From Peribolospora baueri (lineage: Eukaryota), in the NCBI GenBank assembly GCA_029717555.1, contig JAMDHS010000047.1:1-64000 (forward strand): DNA of 64,000 nt, written 5' to 3'. A program made the translations under genes and the position numbers. Below, piece after piece: positions 11,915 to 23,555 of the stretch. Under the pieces are notes generated by a model that made no database searches, was not told the DNA's origin, and saw only the letters and a program-made list of their open reading frames with translations. Numbering within the stretch: the stretch's first letter is position 1; every line of letters starts with the position of its first letter.

Positions 11915-13098
11915 CTACATTAGCTGCACGAGCACCCTGCTAACCTGCAATCCGCATTCCACAACGCGCTCCCTCTCACCGGCCAGCTCCGGGACGCGAC
12001 TCGCAACCCGAGCTTGGAAGCGGTCAGGATGAAAGAAGAGGATCGCCTGTCGCAGGATGCGCTTCCGCTCGGCTCCTTCCTTCTCGGCTTGCGTATCCTT
12101 TGATTCTGGCGCGCCGTCGGCGGTCTCCCCTAGGAGGAAGGAGGCAATCGAAGTCTTGTCCAAGCTGATCTTGCCGTCAGCGGGATGGACGGGCCAAGGG
12201 ATGTCGGAAAAGTGTAGTTCTGTCTTCTTCGCCTTCCCCTGCTCGGAGGCCAGCAGGTCCGTACACCTTGACTCCCAAAGCCGTCTGCCCTCCTTCGCCG
12301 CGAGGCGTTCCTTGCGTTGACGTCGCTCATTCCGCTCTCGTTCTCGCTCCTTCTCCAGTCGGAGAGTCTCTTGCCTCGTCGCCTCCGCTTGTTTCTCTCG
12401 TTTCCGAGCTTCCTCTGCCCGCCGCTCTGCTTCTCGGATCTCATCGGCGTGCTTCCTGCGATACATGCCCACTGCGTTTATATGAAAATGAGAGATTCAG
12501 CGACGTGCCCATGAGACCGAATGAGAGAAAATGACGCATGTAACTCACCTCGAATAAACTCGGCGTACTCCTCCTCGTCCATGTCATCTATCCTATCCAG
12601 GCCCCTTCCCAGATACTCGTCCTCCACGCCGCCCTTCCAACGACTTGGAAGGCTTCGCTGCGCCCATTCCGCTTCCAACGCGTCTCTATCGTCATCCTTC
12701 ATAAGGTCGAATAGTTTGTCACGGAAACCAGAGCCTTCGTCGGCGCCAGCGCCGCCAAAGTCGACATCAGGGCCGTCATCGACTGCTGTGTAAGTACGAG
12801 CATGGCGTGGCGGGGAGATGTCTTCATCCTGTTGATCAAAGTAGTACGAATAGCCGCCGCTCCCGGAGCCAGTGCCTAGGTTCTCAGGCTGGTATTCAAA
12901 GTGAGAATGACCATTTCCGACGCCGCCGTCGTTTTGCGAGCGCGGGAGACTCTCCACTGCCGTCCTCCTCCGTCGTCGTGTGCTTGGATCTCCATCTTCC
13001 CTCCTCCTCTTCTCCTTTTTACGCTTCTTGTGCTCCCGCCACTCGCGATGCGTCCTCTCCTCCGGCGTCTCCTTCATGTGCAGCCTCCCATGCCCCAT
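11915..13098 (-). CDS. Coiled-coil protein with NFKBIL1-like C-terminal domain
   Basis: MDEEEYAEFIR|GMYRRKH across an intron (~12474-12548), then a coiled coil, FSDIPWPV and RILRQAILFFHPDRF. Confidence 0.7.
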
Positions 13099-13338
13099 AG
13101 CATGCCTAGGCCTCGCTGGCTGGCCCGGCCCACCGGCGTTTGGAATAGAGGATCAAGGTGTGGAGGACTGGAAAGACAGCCGTTAGCCGAACTGTGGTAG
13201 AAGAGGAAATGATAAGCCGACATGGACAACAAGCGATCGAGGGCCAATGATCGACTGCGGCAATCGTTGGGGACGGAAACAGGCCGGTCTTCGTTCGACT
13301 GGCTTGACAGCATGCTTGCCGGGTGAACGAGCGTCGGG

Positions 13339-16300
13339 ATGCTACGTTCGTGGTCTTTCGGGGGATTTTCCAAGCCAGCCGCGCTTCGCAGAAGGGCCTT
13401 AGGCATATCTCCATGGCTGCACCAGCGGGGTATATTGTCTACCCCCTCACATGTGAGCTGAAGGGACTGGCTAGATGGTGCACGCTTTGCCGATTGATAC
13501 TACCTTAAAATTTGTCTTTTCTTTTATTTGCGTGTACGCCATCAGGGGAGGCTACCTGAACGCTACTTTAAGGTGCACCCTGAGGTTGCAGACGCACTGG
13601 AGAGAGGGGAAGGCGTCGTGGCTCTTGAGAGCACGATCATCTCTCATGGTAAGATCATCCTTTTTTCCTCTCCCCGCACGTATAGCTACCGAGCGCATGA
13701 TCGACGGACGCATTCGACGCTTTATTCTCCAGGCATGCCTTATCCTACCAACTTGTCCACCGCTCTGTCACTGGAGCGGATTGTACGGGATCAAGGCGCC
13801 GTCCCAGCGACGATCGGCATCGTCTCTGGCAAGGTCCACGTCGGCTTGGAGTACACTCAGCTCGAGCGTCTCGCCGAGGCCGCGTTGCCGGAGAAGAAGG
13901 CCGAGTGCGTCAAAGTATCTCGGAGGGACCTAGCCAGCACTCTGGCCCAGGGTCTTGACGGAGGTACCACCGTAAGTGGAACGATGGTGGTGGCCCACAT
14001 GGCTGGCATCCAAGTTTTCGCTACCGGTGGGATCGGGGGCGTGCATCGGGGTGGAGAGAAATGTGAGTTCTACCCATGGGCCCTTCATGTCAAGCTTTGT
14101 CTCTCTAACACATGTGCTATCTTATGCAGCCCTTGACATCTCCGCCGACCTCTTAGAGCTCTGCCGTACGCCCGTCGCCGTCATCTCGTCCGGATGCAAG
14201 TCCATCCTTGACATTCCCCGCACGCTCGAGTATCTCGAGACTATGGGCGTCATCGTCGGGTCCTATAAGAGTGATTACTTTCCGGCATTCTACTCCCCGA
14301 GTAGCGGCTTGAAGGCGCCATTTCGGGTCGATTCGCCAAAGCACATTGCAGAAGTTATATGTGAGTCTGACGAGCATGTCGCTGGTGCCCTTTAAAGCTC
14401 GAGCGCATCCTAAATATCGCGCACTTCGATTTGCAGACGCCAGTCGCGCGATGGAGCTGTCCTCTGGCGCTATTTTCGGCGTGCCTATCCCCACGTCTTT
14501 TAGCCAAGCAGGGCTTGAGATTGAGGCGGCCGTCGAGCAAGCGGTGCAAGAGAGCGAAGAGAACGGGGTCGCTCGACGCGGTAAGGAAGTGACGCCATGG
14601 CTGCTGAAGCGAGTGGGAGAGCTCACAAATGGGAAGGCGTTGGAAAGCAGTGAGCGTCGATGCCTTTCTCGAGCGGCTGGAAACAAAATGTTCCCCAACG
14701 GATCGAGCTTACAGGACCGTGCTGGTATTGCCCATAATGCGCAAACAGACGTTGCGCTCGTGCAGAATAACGCTAAAGTCGGCGGGCAAGTGGCCGTGGA
14801 GCTGGCAAGATTGGTGGCGGCGGGTTACCAAACGAATTCTCGTCCAAAGGTGAGTTTCCTAGATGGATCTTGGAAGTGCGCTTATCGTGCCAAACATAGA
14901 CTGATGGGCATGCAGTCATGGTTTCAAGGCGTGAGCCTCCCAGACGACACTTCCCCAGTACCATCCGTCGTTTCGGTCCAGAGCAAAGAGAGTGATTCCA
15001 GTCAACAGGCTCCCGAAGGCCAGGTGAGGAAGGCCAAGCGGCTACGACTCCCAAATCGGAGGGATGCTGATGTTTCCTGACATCCCTTATCAGGCTTCAT
15101 TGCAAGAACCAGTGCTGATTGTTGTTGGATCCGCGGCAATAGACGTCACCGCAATTCCTTCTTCTCCAGGTTCCGCTATTTCTCGTACGACCGTTCCTGG
15201 GCGCGTCTCCTTGTCCCTTGGCGGTGTAGGCCGCAACGTAGCTGAGGCTGCACATCGCATCTCTACCGCTCTCTCGGATGGGATATCGCCTCTTTTGATC
15301 TCGCCCGTCGGTAGAGAAAAGGGTAAAGACTCTCAGACCGACATGCTCGGCCGCGTCCTCCAAGAAGGTCTACGAGCGGTCGGCATGCGCGAGGACGGTC
15401 TCGTTCCGGTATCGAGCCACAGCGACGGTGAAATGGCAAGAACACCGGTATGCAATCTCTGGCTTGATGGGCGTAGGGATCTCAGTGGCGGGGTTGCGGA
15501 AATGAATATCGTCGAAAGAATGTCGTCAACAGAGGTGAGCAGGAGAGGGTCTTTGCGGGTATTGTGCTATCCCATGAGCATTGTGCCTGACCCTTCACTC
15601 CACGCAGGTGCGGTCGGTTCTGCGACACCATAGCCCTGAAGTCATCACGTTTGATGGCAATCTCAATTCCGATGTCATGACCACGCTGATGGAGTTCGGG
15701 CTGCAGAAAAATGCGCGGAGTAAGTGCCTTGCTTAGTCCTACGCTCCTTTCCGGCCAGCGATTTGTCCGCAGGTCTCTGAAAGCACCGTACTTGAAACCC
15801 TCGTGCTGTAGCTTTCTTTGAGCCCACGTCCGCATCCAAGGCATTGCGCATCTTGAGCGCTCTGAAAACACTTCTCGACCGGGATACAACGATTAGTAGC
15901 ATTGACCGACCTCTGCTTTCGTTCGCCTCGCCCAACGCCCTCGAGCTGATACGTTTATGGAACGAGGCGCGCTCTCTCTCGCTCGACCTGTTTTCCCATC
16001 CCACATGGTGGCCCTCCATCGACTTGCTGGGCCTTGGCCCTGGTTTTCGGACAGACCTCGACCAACTCGTGATGGGGAGGCACGTTGCTTCAAGCCAGAA
16101 ACAGGAGAGAGAGCTCAGTTTACTGACCAAGGACGGACTCGTGCAAGCCTCCGTCCAACTTTTGCCTTTCATCGGTACTCTCTTCGTCAAATGCGGAAGC
16201 AAGGGCGTCCTCCTCGTCTCTCGTCAGCCCATGTCCGACGCCCTTCGAGGCGCGCGGACGGACATCGCAAAGGGCCAAGTGATAGCACACGCTCTCGACG

Positions 16301-16581
16301 GCCAATCCGTCCTCGTCGTCAAACACTACCAGGTCATCGCGCCGCCCCTCGAAGCGGAAGAGATGCTCAGTTCTACGGGTGCAGGAGACAGCTTCGTCGG
16401 AACAGTCTCGGCGGCGCTCGCGGACGCCAGGCTGATCGGCATGAGCAAGGGGCAGGATCCGATGGCGTCCATCTTGGGCATGGACAGTTTGATGGGGCTC
16501 GGTCAGCGAGCGGCCAAGATGGCATTGCTGACAGAGAGTGCCGTCCATCCTAACTTGAACACGATCGTGGAGGTCAGTTGA
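13339..16581 (+). CDS. Bifunctional pseudouridine-5'-phosphate glycosidase (PsuG/IndA) plus PfkB-family pseudouridine kinase
   Basis: VVALESTIISHGMPYP, GGTTVSGTM, FATGGIGGVHRG, DISADL, KSILDI, GKEVTPWLL; then PfkB motifs GGVGRNVAEA and STGAGDSFVG. About 8 introns; start codon inferred. Confidence 0.9.
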
Positions 16582-16737
16582 TTTGATTGAGAGGATGTTC
16601 CAGTGGCGCAACAGTGCACGCTATCGTTTATTATGCCAGAGTGGCCGTGAAGCCCGAGAATGACGTGGAAAAATTCATCTGCATAGAAGTGCGGGAAGGG
16701 AGCCATTGTAGTCTACGTCACCGCATCGAAAAGCGAT

Positions 16738-18232
16738 TCATGACGCTGGCAAATCGGGATCTTGTGCCATCGCCATTCCCATAGCCAAGTGAGCCAGTCG
16801 AGCGTCAAGAGCGTATCCTTTTTTCGCGAACTCTGCGAGCCGGGAAAATGCAAAGGAGGAAGCGAGGCAAGAAAAAAAACGTCCCGGTGGTACGTGAGCT
16901 CTCGACCCTCCGTCAGATGTTGACATTCGACTAAATCAAAAGCTGAAAGCTGCGAGAAGGGTCCGCCGCGGTTTGTCCGACCCACCCTTGAGCGTCCCCC
17001 AGAGACCTTTAACGGGGACAATGTGACGCTCGATGAACTCGCCCGGGTCGGGGTGGGCGATGGGCTGCGGGGCGTCGTCGGAGAGGCGGATGACCACCGA
17101 GGCCATTTTCATGTTCGCTGAGCTCAGGCCTTGGGAGGGGAAGAAAAACCAACAAGAGGAAAGGTTAAGGGTGAGCAGAAAGTGGAAGCCGGGAAGGGTA
17201 CGGCGAGTCCAATTCTGCCGTCACAGAAACGTTCCGGCTTGCTTGCAACATAGCAAACACTTTAAAGAAAGCGAGACCGGGCCGCCCAAGGGCAACGAAA
17301 GGAAGGGATGGAAGGACGAATGGGTACGGACCTTTGAAACAAGAACTCACCAGGATCGTTCAACATGGGCGGAGTAATGTCCTTGATTGTTACTTCAGCA
17401 CCACCCTCCGTTCCTCCATACCCGGTCTCCTCCCTCAACTCCCTCAGCGCGGCCCTCTTAGCGCCCTCATCTCCCTCTTCCCCTTCGTCCACCAACCCCG
17501 CGGGGAGCTCTACCACTTTTTGATTCGCCGTGGGACGGAATTGGGTGATGAGGATCACCGAAGGTGGGGAAGAGGGGCGGAGGATGATTGTGAAAATCGC
17601 TATGGCTAGGAGGATATCAGGAACGGGGTAAGAAGGGACAAGAAGGTTAGAAGGGGCGAGCAAAGTGAGCGACAGAGCCGACGGTGGTGAGGAGGACAAG
17701 GCGAGCCAGGCGCAAGGCAGCGCTGGGCACTTCAGTCCATGTGCATCACGTCGTTTACTCTCCTAGCAGCCATCCGATCGAGCAAACAGCGAGCAAGCAA
17801 AGAGGCGACAAAGCAAAACCGGACTTCCGCATTCGAGAAAATCTCACCATCCACATCTCCCTTCCTCGTCTTCCTGTCCGCGCATTCCCACTTCCTGACC
17901 TTGCCGGTCGGGTCCATCCACTCGATGGCCTTCAAACCGACCCATTTGGCGTCGGCATCGTTCAAAGGGGTAGAGCTGAGATTCCGGGCAGCCACCTGGC
18001 TCTCCTTCGCCTGCGTACCGGAGGACATGTTGGTGATGGGCTCGCCGGAAGGGGGGTGAGCAATGGTCGTGACTGGTCGTCGGGGGCCGAGCTGGAGCGG
18101 CGGACGGAGGCGGACGATGGACGCGCGGGTGGGGGAGAAGAGCGAGTGATTCGGATGTCGCTGTCCAAACTTGGAAAAGTCGAGTCGGAGAATGGAGGTG
18201 GTGATGGGAGAAGGGAGAAGAGGCTTGGGCAT
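16738..18232 (-). CDS. YSA1: Nudix ADP-ribose pyrophosphatase (Ysa1/NUDT5-like)
   Basis: DAKWVGLKAIEWMDPTGKVRKWECA, QFRP, Nudix box ELPAGLVDEGE...AALRELREETGY, NDPG, GEFIE, DARLAH. A second in-frame ATG is at 18028. Confidence 0.85.
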
Positions 18233-18741
18233 GTCTGATCTCGAACTCGTCGAGAGCGAAATAAAGGCGTCGCCCGCGAGAACTGAGGTGTGGACAACGA
18301 GAGTTCCATTCGTCATCGACGAATTCCCCGCGTCGATCGATCGTCGGCAGCTATCGACCTACGGGGGCGGACGTCGCCGACTTTTGTCACTTCTCGCAAC
18401 CTATCTCGTCAATTCTCGCTTCCTTTGGCCGCGCACACTTCCTTTACAGAGAGCCGTGGAGGAGAGGAAGAAAGCCATAGCTCGATTGTTTTTCGGTGCA
18501 TGATAGAAGCACCATATACATGAGGGGGGCCCAATGAAAAGCCTCAGCCGCTGACGACAGCATGCCGCGCCAGGGCTCATAAGGGGGACGATCTGTCCGC
18601 GGGGATTGACAGGACGAGATCAGAGATGGGGGTACGTCGATGCGTCGACGAGGTGAGCGGAGGATGGTGAAAGGTACAGGGCGTGCCAGACGGAAAAAAA
18701 TGCGAGCGAAAAATAGACGGGGTGCGTAGCCGTCAAGACGC

Positions 18742-19779
18742 TTAGAGGCCGTACGTCGCAAGCTTCTCGTTGACGCTGGAGAGCTCGGTGGAAGAGGCCT
18801 TGGAGGCCGCGATGCGCCGCTTGGTGTTGGCGGTCTGAAGTGAGAGGACCACCATGGAACGGATGTCAGGAGAAGGGACGGGATAGGAGCGAGAGCGACC
18901 CAGCAGCTCACCTTGCGCTCGTAGAAGGCCTTGGCCTTGACCTTCCTCTTCTCCTCGAGGCGGTCCACGACGTCCTTGTAACCCCAGCCGACCTCGTGAG
19001 ACAGGCGCTATTGGAATCGATGTTGCAAGATTCGAAGCGTCAGCAGTCACCTTCAGCAGTCACATGCGCGCTCCTCTCGACGGCCACATGTAACAGCCTT
19101 CCATAAGGGCGCCGTCCTAATCGGTATCCCACCACATAATAAAAACGAGACACACCTTGATCGTGCAGTACTTGCGACCAGGCTTCAAGCGGAGGACGCG
19201 GAGCGCATCAGGAACGACCATCTTCTTCTTCCTGTCGTACGGGGGAGGCACACCCTCGTAGAGCTTGAGCCTCTCGAGAGCGGCGGCACCGCGAGCGGTC
19301 TTATGGGGGACCATGCCGCGAATGGCCTTGTAGAGGATGCGAGAGGGGGCACGGTGGTGGAATGGGCCCTGCTTCTTCGGGTTCACGAGGTGGCGCTTGT
19401 GCAGGAAGGCATGGTAGCGGAGCTGCAGCGAAGGCGAGAAGAGATATCACACGAGTCCATCAACACCCGCCAAGAAATCCACACAAGTCCATTCACGATT
19501 GCGTTCATCCATCCGTCCATCCATCCAAAGTCCACGTATCCCAAACAAACCCGCCAAATGTTCATCACTGATGCACTCGCGAGGTCCCCCGCCCGCGTAC
19601 AAGCTTCTTCGCTCACTCACCTTGTTCCTGAAGAAGCTGCCCGAGACGTTGATCTCCTCGCACCGGACGACAACGATCTTCTGGCCGTTGAGGATCTGCT
19701 TGGAAATGATGGAGGCAAGGCGGCCAAGGAGGTGACCCTTGCCGTCGATAATGTAGGGCTCGGAGGTGAAGAGGGACAT
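18742..19779 (-). CDS. RPL16: 60S ribosomal protein uL13 (L16/L13a)
   Basis: [56 protein letters not shown]; three introns. Confidence 0.97.
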
Positions 19780-19925
19780 GTTGACGGCGGTGAACGGTTG
19801 GTGATGAGCCGGACTTGAGGCTTTGACGTTACTCTCCACTGGCAGTCTTCTGCAACGGCTGGGATACGCACCGGTTGCCTACAAGCAGCCGACTGCGGCG
19901 AGCTTGCAGGCAGACGTTACTTCCA

Positions 19926-19938
19926 TAACCCTACCTAA
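19926..19938. promoter_or_regulatory. Candidate ribosomal-protein promoter element (Homol-E/Tbf1-like) in the RPL16-RPL32 bidirectional promoter
   Basis: TAACCCTACCTAA lies midway between the two divergent RP genes and resembles the S. pombe Homol E consensus ACCCTACCCT. Confidence 0.45.
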
Positions 19939-20274
19939 TTTTGGCTGTACAGCTCGGTGTTACTCTTTCAAAGCCGCGTATGTGCGCGCACCATGCCCAA
20001 CCTCGTTCTGAGGTTTTGGTACTCCCCGGCCCGGCCCTGCTCGCTTTCCACTCCATCCGACCAGCTCGTCCTCATCAAGTTAGGTGAGTATCATCGTTGT
20101 CGTATGTCGGCGAGGGCATCGTGTCCGGATGAGTCATGGGGGCATGCGGATCTTTGAAGCTCTGGTGACGAGGAGGCGATGGGAACGGCAGGTCTTCGGA
20201 CACCTTAACGATGGACATGTCGCTTCTTCATAACGTGCTCACACCGTTTTCCCATCCTTTTCCATCCAGTCAAA

Positions 20275-20961
20275 ATGGTTGCCACTAAGGTCCCCATCGT
20301 CAAGAAGCGCACGGCGAAGTTCAAGCGCCACCAGTCGGACCGCTTCATGCGGGTGGGCGAGTCCTGGCGCAAGCCCAAGGGTATTGACAACCGCGTCCGC
20401 CGGCGCTTCCGCGGTAACCTGCCCATGCCCAAGATTGGTTACGGCTCCAACAAGAAGACCCGTCATCTCCTCCCCAACGGCTTCCGTCGCTTCCTCGTCT
20501 CCAACGTCAAGGAGGTTGACCTTCTGCTCATGCACAACAAGAGCTACGCCGCCGAGGTCGCTCACAACGTTTCTAGCCGCAAGCGCATCGAGATCCTCGA
20601 GAGGTTAGTGTTGGGGGAGGGATGAAAGTTTCGAGTGCGGCGGAAGAGCGGCGCGTGTGTTGAGGATGATGGCAGAAACGACCGGACGAGCATTGGGAGG
20701 AAGTGAGGGTGCGACCACGAAGGATGGGATGAAAGGATGATGGCTTTGATTGGTGTCCAGGCTGTCGGGGCACCATAGGATATGGCTCTGGTGGGCGCCA
20801 ATGCCCGTGTCGAAACTGGGACACCGCCGATGCCGTTAGTGGTTTACCGATTCCGCGTTGATACTAACCGGTCATGCTTTACATTGTTTCATTACAGGGC
20901 GAAGGTTTTGGGTGTCAAGGTGACGAACGCTGGCGCTCGGGTCAAGTCTGACGAGGCGTAA
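20275..20961 (+). CDS. RPL32: 60S ribosomal protein eL32
   Basis: [43 protein letters not shown]. Coding intron at ~20604-20897; probable 5'UTR intron at ~20084-20268. Confidence 0.97.
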
Positions 20962-21698
20962 ATCGTGCTCCTTTCTTTGCCCGCCTTCGATTCTATCTCC
21001 TTTGGCCACGCCGTGTGTCATGCCTATGCAAGCACTCCACTCTCGGCTCGCATGTACTACTCTTCTCACCCATGACTTTGGGGAAAACACCACCTAGGAC
21101 GCACTCCTGGCGTATGAAAGGGTTAGGGGAAGGGGTGCGACGCCTTCCTTGTTATGCTGAGCTCTTGTTTGAACGGCGTGCCTCATTCTAGATGTCAGAA
21201 GAACTGGCACTTCTCGAGGTGGAAGAGGATTATAACCGCCGCAATTCTTGGGGCGGTAGAAGGCTGAAGCGGCAAATCTAGCTCTTTACCACTCCACGTT
21301 TCATTTGACTCTTCTTCCAGGTGGTCTCCTTTCCAACCGACTTCAGCATTCTAAACTTTTTTTTTTGCGTGCTTGGGGGGGGTGACGTCTCTGGCCCTTA
21401 CAAAGATTGGCGAAGGCAAGCTAGCCAGCGCATTTCGCACCAGCGACTGGGTAGACCTCGTATCTCACTCACTTGGGCGCGCCTCTGGGCGGACGTGAAG
21501 CACATCTTCGCTTTTTACCTGGTCTGCTCCGGCATCTCTTCCATATCTCTTCACAACATAACCATCGCCTTTGCCTCGTCGCCCCAATGCCACCCCTTCC
21601 AACTCTGCCTTTCGAAGAGAGTCCGGAGTCATTTGTCATCCAAAGGCTTGAGAGATATAACACGCAAGAAGGGAAGTCCATCGCACGAAGACTGTCCG

Positions 21699-22696
21699 CT
21701 AATCATCCAAGTCTGGAACCCCACCGCTCCTCCAGCTCCCTCCACACCGTTCCACGATCCGAATGCACATGTGCCTCACCGCCCTGACCTGTTCCTTCGA
21801 GGCGCCGTTGCGCACGGCGTTTTCGAGGTGCCACTTGGTCTGCGTGGGGATGTCGGTGGCGATGAGTGCGGGCAGGCACACGAAGGAGATTGTCACGGGG
21901 TTCCAGAGGGGTTTCTCATCGCCAAATAGTGGCAAGCCGGTCGAGTTTGAACTGGATGCGAAGGTCGACAACATGCCGAGGCCATACACGTAGCCGTAAC
22001 CGACCATCTGCGCCTGTACGGCCAGATCCGGGCTGGCGGACGCGATGGTCGACATGGCCGCCTCGGCCGCCGAGCCGTACGTCTTTGCAAAGGTGGCTGC
22101 ACCCACGTCAGAGAGAGATTCCAGCGTGTGACAAGACAAGTCACTGAGAGTCGTGTCAAGCCCCGGGAGAAGTGTGGGGGACCAACTGCATCAGCCTAAC
22201 GAGGAGGGGATGACGGGTCATTGTGAGGAACCGCTGCTCACCGGAGAGGCTCCTTGTCAACAAGCTCAGGAGGAGTGACTTTGCTCAATGCGAGTGTCGC
22301 CTGTAGAGCCTGTGATTGCAGACCAATAGGTGGAACAACGAGGCAGACTTAGCAGAAAGAATGAATGCGATGGTGGTGTTGATGGGTATCCACCTTTGGA
22401 AATCCTTGAATCAAACAGCTCATGAACAAGCCGTCTCTGATCCGCCTTGTCATCCTCAGCGTCTGGATAGGCTCTGTCTCCCTCGCCTTCAGCCTCTCCA
22501 GCGCAAACTCGAACACCCTGGGCACTTCTTCTGGCCTGCCAAGGGCGCTGAAGGCGATGGATGCTACATAGTCGTAGGGGTTGTCGAGGTCGAGGTGGGA
22601 GACAGTGGAGGCGGCATTTGGGGAGGTGGGGAAGAGGCTGGCGAGGGAGTTGAGGAACTCTGGCGAGGCCAGGACTATGTCTTCCGACGAGGACAT
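21699..22696 (-). CDS. Hypothetical protein, AhpD/carboxymuconolactone decarboxylase-like fold
   Basis: RRIRDGLFMSCLIQGFPK, YGYVYG and LIATDIPTQTKWHLENAVRNGASKEQV resemble fungal AhpD-like duplicated helical proteins. Internal exons are uncertain. Confidence 0.6.
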
Positions 22697-23555
22697 CTTG
22701 CAAGGTGATGGTTACGTCGGTCTCCACGGGGACGAGAAAAACGAGATGGCGAGCCCTTTTTGTTTATGACGTTTCAGACTCGCAAGGGTCGACCATGCGG
22801 CCAGCAACGTCACCACTTTCGCGTGTACAGGGCCTGCTACCTCGTAGGCCAAATTCTTCTTCACTCCGATAAAATTCGCGACATCTCATCTTTTATGGAG
22901 TTTTGTGATTTACGAGACACGACGAGCTGTCGGGAGACCGAAACCCGCTCGGATGACGCTTAGAAAGACTAGATTGCGCACGCCACTGCCTTTCAAAAGA
23001 GCTTACTGCAGTAGTAGGTGGACATCGGGAGCCCGCGAACATCTCTCCTGAAGATGGACTTTAAAGACCGCAAGGGCAGCGGACTGTCAGCCGTCGTCCA
23101 ACATCCCATTACGACACTTCAAACCTCGAGACGTTGTACACGTCAAGGTCAATAAATAAGACGAAGCCACCGGGGATAAGCGGGTGACGCCGTGACGCGT
23201 CGGTCAGCGCGTAAACGAGCGCGAGGTGTCGGCCGGCCGTGCGAGGGTCCGACAAGAAAGATGCTTCCAACCCCGTTCATACTCTCCATCGTGTTTCCCC
23301 TCTGCACATTGCCGACGCTTCACTGCCTTTGGTCCGTCACCCGATTTGACCTTCTCTCGCTCGCTGGAACTTGCGAGTGTCCAGTCGCCGCTCTCCGCGT
23401 CGTGGCGGCGGACGCGTGACCCGGACGCGCCACTCAACGCGGCCCGTCATCGGCGTTTGCCCACATCCATCCATCCTGCTTCCTCACCCCTTCCTTCTTC
23501 CATTGCATTCCCTCTCTGCGCTCTACCTACTTCTTCTCAGAGAGAGGCCCCGGAA

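Noticed and set aside
19425..19620. Possible C/D snoRNA in RPL16 intron 1 (GTGATGA C-box on the minus strand)
   Set aside because: No downstream CTGA D-box or terminal stem within the intron.
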